From assembly GCA_977862235.1 (NCBI GenBank), contig OZ374561.1:992001-1056000 (forward strand): DNA of 64,000 bases. The letters run 5' to 3'. The notes beneath the pieces were generated by a model. It saw nothing but the letters and a program-made list of their open reading frames with translations, ran no database searches and had not been told where the DNA came from. This DNA comes from Dudresnaya verticillata (lineage: Eukaryota). A program made the translations under genes and the position numbers. Positions 26,014 to 36,000 of the stretch are shown in pieces. Position 1 is the first letter of the stretch. Every line of letters starts with the position of its first letter.

Positions 26014-28244
26014 CTAATCGGAAAGAAGGTCAATGACCTCATTCTCCTCGAGCGGAGGGTTAGGCCCAGACGGCGCACGCATCGTCGTGACGCGGCGCAC
26101 TTCGCGCACAATGCGCGCTCCACGCCATCGACGAGGGCCGCGACCTCGACGTCCACCAAAGCCTTCACTGGCTGCGCCATCACGTCCTAAACCCTGCCCC
26201 TCGATATCCATGGGAGAGCCATCGCGCTCACCCTCGCCCTCCATGGGCTCTATTTCCTCCTCCTCTTTGAGGAGGAGCTCCGTCTTCACAATGACTTCAG
26301 AAGTTATCGGGTATGACGTCAAAGGCGCACCGGCCGTAACTGGGGCCTCCGTAGCCCCTGCTTCAGCCCCGACGGGCTGCGTTGCGGCAGATTTGTTGGC
26401 CGACGGGACCTCCTGACCTTGGTCATCAGTAGCCTGAGCCACATCGGCGGAAGCCGAAGAAAGCGGCTGAACAGGCGGCACCAAAGTCAGCCCGGGCTGA
26501 ACAACCGGCGGGACCGGGGCTTCTACATTTTCCTCGCGAGGGATCTTGCTGGTATCAGCCTCAGTGGCTTCACGGGCATCAAGCCCCAGGTTGGCGCCGA
26601 TCGCCCCTTGGGCTACAGCAGCTGGACGCTGCGGATGACCCAGCCCTTTTCAGCTCTTCTTGCCAACCTCATCCACCGAGCTCGAAGTCTTGGCCTCAGC
26701 CTTGACACCACCCAACGGCGGAAGCGACCGCAAGTGAGCCCCCAAACGGGCTTGCTCGATAGGACCCGGTGTCTCTATCCAATGAGCCTCGTACTCGGCT
26801 AGAACATCTTCTACCCAATCCGCTAACGAGGACAGGTTCAAATGTGTATGTTCCAATGAACTGCCAAGCGGATGGCTAAACCACGACGGTTAAACAAGTC
26901 GCGGATTTCCGCATCTGCACGATAGTGATGAGGCACAGGTGGCGCGTATGGGCCTTGCGGCTGTCCATCGACCGTGTCATCAAAAGCTGGCACCTCATCT
27001 GGGTTCGAGGGACCCTCATCCCACCATTTGACGCTAACCCAACCGCGGGTGTAGCCGGAACGGCGCTCACCCTCGTCCAACGAGATGGTCCCGCCCTCAC
27101 CAGGGCACTCCGCCATCATGAAGTCGGGCAAGATGGGAGTCCACTTCTCCTGATCGAACTCCACCCAATCACCCCGGTCATAGACGGGCGTGATGTGCCC
27201 AGTGTTTTCGGGCAAGAAGCGGTTCCGCTTAGTGACCCGACTCCAGCGGACCCGCTCCACGAATTACAAGATGGAATCCAGATCCGCGGCGTCTTCCGCG
27301 TTGGCGGTAAAGGCGGTCGAGCCGATAAAGCGGATACGAGCCCGCAACGGCTTACTGATGAAGAATAAGAAGCCCCAACGGGCCTCGTACATGAAGACTT
27401 GGGCCACCATTACGATCCACTCGTGTCGGAAAATTGTCCATAACTGGGATTCGTCGTAAGGGACACTCATCATCTCTAAACCAAGGTAAGCCAGAATGGC
27501 TGGAGTGCCAACGGGCATCGAATATGAAACTTCCAATCCAACTTGGTCATCCGGGACTTGAGGATACTTAATCCGGTAGAACTCTGGACGTATGGACGTC
27601 ACCTCCTGGCAGTGAGTCGGGACGAAACAGCCAGTACGATGGCTATGACGACGCTCGAAGCGTACTAAATCGGTCGGCATGGCCGTCTGCGGATTATCTA
27701 AGGCATAATTGAAGTTTGACGACTCGTCCCACCGGACAATCCGCGCCATCGTATACGGGTAGTTGTCCCTTCCTGGACGAATCAGGGGCCTGGGGTGGCA
27801 GATGATAGCCAGATCGTAAGTACCGGCGTTGTGCACGGCGTTGAGCTCATCCATACGGAAGTTGATAAGCCGTGACAAGGCGGAAGTGTACTGTACCTCA
27901 TGACGAAAACGGGGGTGTGCCAGATCCCACTTCAAGGGGGCGTCCAAAGTCGGCAACTCGCGATTGAGTCCCGTCAAGAGACCCAGACGGTGACGACCGT
28001 GAGCATGTCAAGTGCGGCGTTGCGCACGGCGCGCGCCGCGGCGTCGGATCTCGCTGCGGTCGGCGCCCGCGTTGTTCTTGATGTGGACAAGGTCTGTGCG
28101 CACGCGCCAATCACGGCTATTCTTGATACTAAAAGGCACGCCTGCCTCATCCATCTCCACACCGAGTACACCGACACTCGACCCAGCGGCACCGAATGCC
28201 ATGTGTTGGCTCCCGCTCATCACAAACTCCGGCTCCTGAGCCAC
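26014..28244 (-). pseudogene. Antisense accessory ORF of element A (disrupted), homologous to the F antisense ORF
   Basis: ORFs 28008-28244, 27264-27977 and 26838-27260 share one frame and are separated by single stops. A frameshift then leads to a low-complexity acidic tail. Motif blocks align with 29479-31161. Confidence 0.8.
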
Positions 28245-28560
28245 TACGAGGCTTTCTTGTTCGACTTGTTCACCCGCACCCTAGTGGGCTCTCTTCAACT
28301 TCTCGAGAAAATCTCCTTTCGCCAAGACGGGGCTTCGGGGGTGCGCGGCGCCGCGCGGGCAAAGACGGGATGCTCGCTGCGAAATTACGGACGGCTACGC
28401 CGCTGGGATGCACGCCCCCGCGGGAGCACAGCGTCACGACGCGACGAACCGTCAAGGCAAAGGAAGCACCAGCGGCGCTGTGGAAGATACAAGCCAGGCC
28501 AGATGGAGACAAAGGCACTCAGCGGCCGACGCTAAAAGTGTTGAGGAGTGTGGTACTGGG

Positions 28561-29335
28561 TGTGGTGCAATCCACTCGGTAGAATTGAGGGTGCACCTCA
28601 GGCGGTTCGGGGGCCTGGCGGTAGCAGGTGAGGTAATAGCGGTAGAGCAGGGGAGTAGCCCCGTAGTGCGACTGTAAAACACTACAAGGCCGAGAAAGGG
28701 GGTTACCCTAGAAAGGAAGAGAAAACAAGGGAAAAACAGGAGAAAAACAGGATTCTGTACGATGAAGAAGGGTAGCGGATGTACTGGAGTCCAGCCTAGA
28801 GAGGGAGTCGATAGGGTAGGAGGGTACGTCTCGCTGGGCCCAAACTTAGCCGTTTATTGTATGGGGGCGCACCTCAGGGCCCTAATATACTATGTAGGAG
28901 GCGGGTGCGCCTTGGTGGCGGATTAAGATAGGGGAAGGGGGCGCGCCACTTGGCATTACGTGGCGCGCGCAATTCTATAATTATCTAAAAATATCAACTG
29001 TCAGCCTAGCGGTAGTGCGGCTGAAAGGTGTGCGCCAAGGGGGCGCACGTGTGCACGTGTACGCGTTGTCGCGTTGCGGGGCCATCCTTGCTGGCAGAGG
29101 GCGCCGCGTACTGTCAGGCCGGGTGCCTTACAGAGGCATTTCCCCATTAGCATTGCTGGTGCGTGCGCGTGGTGCCAGAGCTCATTATAGAAATTGGCTC
29201 TGAGCTCAATCACCCGCACAGCGGTTGATCCGCAGGAACCGGCCGTTGGGCGTCCGTCGTCCGCAGTCGCGTGAGCCGCGGGTGGCGGCATTATGAAGAA
29301 TTCTTCAGTAGGGCGCCAAGGCGATTTGCGCCACA
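28561..29335 (-). repeat. Element F 3' LTR
   Basis: Direct repeat of 40712-41486; adjacent to the PPT. Confidence 0.97.
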
Positions 29336-29478
29336 TCTCCCCCCCGTTAAGCGGCGAGTACCCGCACGAGCCCACAGGGACCACTTCCTTCGTCAGGCGT
29401 AAGTTGGCACGACGCCTCGCCATCTCATCTTGCGGGGGTCCGCTCATCGTGTGTGCACAGCGAAGCGGACGTGTTGCG

Positions 29479-31161
29479 ATGCCTCCCCACTTTTCTCTTG
29501 CGGAACTTGACCGCGTGTTACTGCACGCGCCGCAGAGTTCTGCAAGTTATCCGACGCCGGCCGACTTCGAGGGCAAGACGCCGTGGAACGACTTAATCGA
29601 CTTTGCGAATGCACCGTGGATGTTCCACTCTAACTTTGGCAATCATGCCCTGATTGAACAATATGTCTCGAATGATGGTTACTTACCTGGGGGACTGCCC
29701 CTCCGCGTCCTCCGTACGCCTGACTGGCGTCGCCATGGTGCGATTCGGCCGGAGTGGATCCGTCGCCATGGTGGCGAGGACGTCCGCAAGGCGCGACTGC
29801 GGTATGTCCGCTTGGTTCTGCAGCGATTGTCGCGTACGCCGGGTCGAGAGGTTATTCCTCATGGATACTGGTTGGATTTGGGTGTGTATCGCACCAATGG
29901 GGAAATCCCCTATGCGGATGCCCTCGAGAACCTCCCCATCCCGCACGCGTGGGACGGGGTGGAGCCGCGGGTTCGTCAGTCGGCGCTCCTGATGGGCGTA
30001 CAGCTCCGTGCGGAATTCCGCTTCATACGCAAGCGGGCGAACAACGCGTATTGGGATAAGATCAGGTGGGAGCGGCGCGTCCGCTCCCGTCTGGGATTCC
30101 TGGTCACATATCCAAATGTCGAGATCTACGCGATTCACCGCAACTATCGAGATCGATGTTATATTCGGCTGCCAGTCCCGCAATGGGGACTGGTGGAGAG
30201 CTGTGAGGGATTCCTCGTGGAGTTGTCGCCTGCGGTGAGTTACACCATGTCGTCGGTCATCGGCTACCCGCAATCCGGGTTGTGGACCGTCTACTACACG
30301 GAATTCGTGGCGAAGACGGCGACTCAGTGGCTGTGGGAACTTTACGACACGTACCGCATGTGGTACGTGTCGCCCACAGTCCTGGGGTGCTTTGACCAGT
30401 TGGACTTCAAGGTGGTTCTTGGCGGCGTTAATAATGAAGCGGAGTTCCGCGTATTGTTGGGGTTCTTCTCCCAGATCGACTGGGACCGCGACGAACAGCG
30501 CGTCCCGTTGTGTAACAACAAGAGGAGTTCCTCGGCTACGAACTTTTCGCCTGGGCGTGGGCATCCCGTGTGTGGCGATTGGGCGTGGTTCGACCCATGG
30601 ACGCGCACATTTGTTTCTGCGGACCGTGCCGCTTGGTTGCGCAGCCATCCGCGTTCGATGCCACCGGGGCAGCCGCGAGGCTACCTGGTGGACCCCGAGG
30701 CGGTTGGGGTACCAGAGTCGGACGACGAGGAGTATTTCTCGGGTTCAGGTGACAATGGGGAGTTCCCCGAGGCCGATACGATGACGGTCGATGAGCCTGT
30801 GGGGGAAGACTACCCAGCCGTGGCATCGCCGACTACCGCGGATGCCCCGGTTGCGGCGACGGGAGTGGCGGCTGACGCGGGTGGGAGCAGCGACGGCGGC
30901 GCTGTTATTGCGAGCGTGCCAATCGTTCGGCCGCCCGCTATTCGGCTGCCGTCGCCTGACCCGGAAAGCCAGCCTCGCGCACGTCGCGTGCGACTGAGCT
31001 TCAGTCAGCGCATTGCCGTAATCGGCTTTTTGCGTAGAACGGGAATTCCCGAGATTGCCATTCGCGGCAGTGATGAGGAGCTCCTCGAGGTCGCCGTGGG
31101 TAAAGGTTATAACCCGGATGGGGAGGATGAAGCAGGCCCAAGCGGGCCTGCTGATGTCTAG
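29479..31161 (+). CDS. Intact antisense accessory ORF of element F, 560 aa, unknown function
   Basis: Long ORF on the strand opposite gag-pol and not overlapping it. Trp/Tyr/Arg-rich globular region plus acidic low-complexity tail. An upstream in-frame ATG (29293) lies inside the LTR. Confidence 0.85.
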   Translation: MPPHFSLAELDRVLLHAPQSSASYPTPADFEGKTPWNDLIDFANAPWMFHSNFGNHALIEQYVSNDGYLPGGLPLRVLRTPDWRRHGAIRPEWIRRHGGEDVRKARLRYVRLVLQRLSRTPGREVIPHGYWLDLGVYRTNGEIPYADALENLPIPHAWDGVEPRVRQSALLMGVQLRAEFRFIRKRANNAYWDKIRWERRVRSRLGFLVTYPNVEIYAIHRNYRDRCYIRLPVPQWGLVESCEGFLVELSPAVSYTMSSVIGYPQSGLWTVYYTEFVAKTATQWLWELYDTYRMWYVSPTVLGCFDQLDFKVVLGGVNNEAEFRVLLGFFSQIDWDRDEQRVPLCNNKRSSSATNFSPGRGHPVCGDWAWFDPWTRTFVSADRAAWLRSHPRSMPPGQPRGYLVDPEAVGVPESDDEEYFSGSGDNGEFPEADTMTVDEPVGEDYPAVASPTTADAPVAATGVAADAGGSSDGGAVIASVPIVRPPAIRLPSPDPESQPRARRVRLSFSQRIAVIGFLRRTGIPEIAIRGSDEELLEVAVGKGYNPDGEDEAGPSGPADV

Positions 31162-33055
31162 TCGAGCGTCGACATTTGGCGTGGGGCAACCGACCCTGTG
31201 GGAGTAGCCCATGCGCTGTAGTAGGGAGAGCGCCGCCATGATCAGGACTTATTAAAGTTTGCCTGTTGGTTGTGTTGTTTGCCGTAACGCGGCGCGTCGC
31301 TCTTAGGGTAGTTTCCCTCGGCGAGTGGTAATGCGTAGCGACTCGCATAGGCATATGCCGATTGCGGAGGACGAACGCGATATGTCGCCAGTGAGGCGCG
31401 TGCCGTTCAGTGTGGAAGTCCACATTTCGTTAGCGACTTGGAGGTAGGGGTTCCCCCGTCGCTAGAGGTGCGAACGCTCAAGGCCGTTGGCGGCTTAGAG
31501 CGGTAGGTACGGATTTCCGTTTTGGGCATGGCTCGTAATGCCGACTTAGTCGTGAACGACTTGGCGGAGGAGGTGCGGCGTGCTTGCGGTCGTCCGCTAG
31601 GGTGGGCCGCTGTGTATACGCATGGCAGGTGATTGGTGCGGAGTGCGCCGGCACCGTAATTATCCAATGGATATTCATGGAGTGGCGCGCCGCACGTGAC
31701 TTGAATGCCCACTGCGGCGCGTACAGTAGACCAAACGCGCACTGTGGTCTAGCCACATTAATTGGTTATACAGAAGTCTGTTGACGAGCGTGCTTGCCTA
31801 CGTTGCATGCTGACCCGGCTAACCGGACGCAGTTGCGTACGCGCCTCTCTGAGTAGTTAGGCGATAGGGCGATCCAGCCCGTCTAGATAAGTGGAATGCC
31901 ACGCGAACAATGGCCTGCCCACTGTAGGAGCGCCGAAGGGCTTGGGCGCGGATTTTCGGTTGTGTGGAATACCACTTGTTTCGAACGTTTGCGGAGGTAG
32001 GTGCCGCATGGCCACACGCAGGCGGAAGTACACCCTTATCGTTGAGTCAGGGGTACACCGGTCCGCCAGTGGCCCGCGGTGAGTGTTCACGGAATTCCGT
32101 TTCAGCGTAGTTGCTGTTATAGAGTCTGCCGTAGGCAACGGGAGGTGGCTACAGTAGTTGGCTATGGCCTTTGTAGGGGTGTTCCCCATTTGTTGGTCAT
32201 AAAAGGGATTTCGTGGGGCACCACATCGTAGTGAGGTAGGGGGCATCGCGTCGGGTCCGATACGTGCGCCCCATGATGTGGCATTCCACTTTTCGTATGC
32301 GGCCTACGTGAAGGCATCCCCTTTCAAATGGGGGAACCGATGCCTGAGGCAATCGACGATACACGGTAGGGGTTACCGAGTCCCATGTGAGGCATAATTG
32401 CCTTTGGGTTTGCGGGCCCATTCGTGACGGTATCGGCCGACGATTACGGAGTTCCGTTATAAGCATGAGTGCTCTTGGCAGAATCCACCGTGGACGGCTT
32501 TGGCGGCAGCTGCGGGGCGCACTGCGCCGACTGCGCTGTGTTACAGTCCGTACAGGGGTGTTCCCCATTTGCGTTTGCCGACAAGGGCGTTATGGGGCGC
32601 CTCATATGAGCGGGGTCGGGAGCGTTGCGTTGTTTTTGGACGCGAGTGTCCCGTGATGCAGAATTCCGCTTTTCGTGTACAACCTGAGTCGAGGCGTTCC
32701 CCTTCGTATGGGAGAGCGGGCGCTCAAGGCCATTGATGGCTTGGAGCAGTAGTTACGGAATTCCGTTTTGTGTTTGCTCGCGTTATGGACTTAGTCGCAT
32801 TCGACTTCGGGAGTGGTAATGGCGATAGCTTGCGGCAGACCGCTAGGGTGAGTGGGCGCGCGTAGGGAATATCCGATTGGCGCTGCGATAATTAATATCT
32901 CGTCCGACCAATAAGGTGCCATACCGTGGTGTACAGTAGTCCCATTGTACTTGCGCCAACTACTGTAGCATCGACTCTTGGGCCCGACTCTTCAATGTGG
33001 TATGTCCACTCCATTTGTGAGTTAGCAGACGTCTGCACGCTTGCTGTCTTGGGGT

Positions 33056-36000
33056 CTAGCCCACCATGGCCTTTGTAATAGTGGCGGGGACGCCGAGGCA
33101 TCTCCCTTTACAGTAGGAGATGACTTGGCTCCGGGGGAGGTGCTGTATGGGCTCCCACGTATTTTGGGATGACGGGTACCCGTACCATTTCACTTCGAAC
33201 AGAAGCTCTGTATTATCATAACTGTGGTTCGCCACTTTTTCGATGACATACTCGTCACGTGGCGGAGTATCTCCATTGTGTCGACGCCCTGATGACAGGG
33301 TGTCGTCTGGCGCCGGTGCTTGAGGTGGATCCTCTTGCTGAGGGCCTGGCTGCGACGCGCGTGGCGCGACGGCAGCAATACGGCGACTCCGTCTGGGGCT
33401 TGGCGTGCCAAGGGTCACGGTTGCAGCTCGATTGCGGCCTGCCACTTCCGATCCGAGGCTTCGGCTCGCGAGAGGCCGCGTAGGGATTTCCCTAATGCGG
33501 TCGTCAAATGTGACGCTCTTTCTTGATGGGCGTGGAGAATTCTCCTTGGGATGGTCTTGCGTTCTAGACGCACCTGGCGAAACATCGCGTGTCGCGCTGT
33601 CGAGGGCGTGATCCTTCCCATCAACGGGTCGGGTTTCGGCTCTTCTAGGGGACCCTGGCTCGGGGCTCGCGGTTATTCGACGAGTAGACGAGCCTTTGCG
33701 GAGTATATCCGGCTTTGTTGACTCTTGTGGGATATCCACATTATCAAGGGTAGTTCTCGTTGGTTGCGAAAGGGGCTTCCCTTGAGGAGTATGCCCCAGG
33801 GCGGCAGTTGTGCCGGTATCGTGTGCAGGTTGCTGCTGGCGAGGCATTTCCTCTCCTACTGTACCGTCGACGGCCTTGGTGCTTTTCGTAGCGGCGTGCG
33901 GTTGATCCGCAGTGGGGTGCTCATTCGCGTGGGCGTCGTTCGCTGGCACGGATTCCGGCTCCAGACTTGCGGATGCAGGGGTTGGAGTGGGGACGGCGGC
34001 TTCGGCGCGTGTGGTAGGTAGCGAGTGCATTGCGGTAGTCCGCGCGCGGACGCCAGCGGTGCGTCCGGGTACCGTCAGCGGTGGTAAATCCGCCAACCCG
34101 CGATCATTTCGTGGCTGTATGGCTGGTTCCACAGCATGAAAAGTAATTGGGGCATTTTCCCCGCGAGACACAGTAGCTCCGTCAGCGCACTGCATTCGAG
34201 TATGATCATTATTGGGATCGTTTGTTGGCGGTAATTCCGCATCTATCGGATCTGCCGTCCCTTCGGCGTTGGCTTGGTTGGCCGCGTCCCTTGGTGGGGC
34301 GGGTGCCAACACGACTCTGTCGCGGGAAATCCGCTCGTATTCAGGCCCGTCCTTCTCGACTGTGACCGTCTTATCATTTGCGTCACTCACGCGATAGGGG
34401 CCGTCGGCCATAGGCGCCAGTTTGTGTTTCGGGGTATCCTTCCCATAGTACTCCTTGCGTACGTAGACGTAGGAGTCTACTCCGATGACTTCGCGTGAGG
34501 GACGTACCCTGTTATCAAAATTGCGCTTGTATCGCGCTTGTGTCTGGTCAACGCTTTTTGTGGCTGTTGATAGTAGTCCTGTGAGCCAGGACTGCCACTT
34601 GGCGTGGAATGTAGCCGAACTCGGCACTGGTTCCAATGAGGGATGTGCCTCGATGCTTAAAGCGTGTGGAGGTCTGGAAAGTACCAACTGGAAGGGGGCC
34701 AGGTTTGTGGTAGAATGAACTTGCGTATTGTACGCGTAGGTGATGGCATCTGAGAATAAATCCCATTCATGCGGATGGTCCGCAACGTAGTGCAGTAGTG
34801 CGGCGCGCATTGTGCGGTTGAACCGCTCAACCTGCCCATTGCATTGGGGGTGGTAGGTTGTAGTAAAGAGGTTTTTGATCCCCAGAGTTCCACATAACGA
34901 CTGAAACAACTTTGCGGCAAATTGTCCGCCATTATCCGATAGTAGGTACAACGGGGGTCCGTAGACGTAGACCCAATGCGTAATGAACGCTTCGGCAACT
35001 TTCGCAGCCGTAATCTTCTTCATCGGAACTGTCCGAACGAGTTTGGAGAAACGGTCTGTGATGACCAAGAGGAATCGATTGCCTCGTTTCGTACGAATCA
35101 GTTCGCCATAGATGTCAATGGAGACAAACTCCAGGGGTGTTTTGGCTGGAAACAGCTTCATATGCTTGGTATTACGGCGTAGCATAACGCGATTGCGTGC
35201 ACACGTTGTGCAGTTTCTTACGGTGGCGTAACAGTCCACAGCCATGGAAGGCCAGTAGAATGATCTACGGAGTGAGTAATACACCTTGCGACCACCGGGA
35301 TGCCCGGATAGTTTCGGGAAGTGTGCCAGGTGTAGCACACGTGCGTGAAGAGTAAAGGGTATCACGATTTGAGGAAGTGCCTCTCGCGTGCGAATGAGGA
35401 CTCCTGTCTCGTCCAGCGCGAAAGGTAACCCCTCCCCCCCGTTAAGACGAGAACGCAGCGAGGTGCAGAAAGCATCTTCTAATTGCGTTTGAAGAAGTTC
35501 TTCCGTCGTGATGGGGCGCAAGAGCTCAGGTTGGTCGGACGGCGGATTCGCCAGAAGAAGTTGGTCGGAGACTTCGTCGTCCAATTCGAGGAATTCCTCC
35601 TTATCGCAAACGGCGCAGGTTGACGGAGCGTCCGCCTCAACGTGGAAACACAGAATTTCGTCGTCGATATCGACTTGGGTTTCGCCAAGCGTTTGAAGAC
35701 GCGAAAGGGCGTCCGCTTGGGTATTAATGCGTCCCTTCTTGTAGCGGACGTCAAAGTCGAATTCCGACATACGTAGGCGCCAGCGCATTAGGCGCGCGGA
35801 GGGGTCATTAATCTCCATTAGCCAACGAAGAGAGGAGTGATCGGTGTGTATGGTAAACTTTTCCATTTGTAGGTAGGGCCGTAAAGTGGTAACAGCCCAC
35901 ACCAGTGCCAAACACTCCTTCTCGGAAACCGAGTAATTCTTTTCGGCTGCTTGTAGAGAACGGGACCAGTACCCGAGGGGTTCGTGCGTACCGTCGGCGT

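Noticed and set aside
29479..31161. env-like gene interpretation of the extra ORF
   Set aside because: Antisense orientation, no signal peptide and no clear transmembrane anchor.
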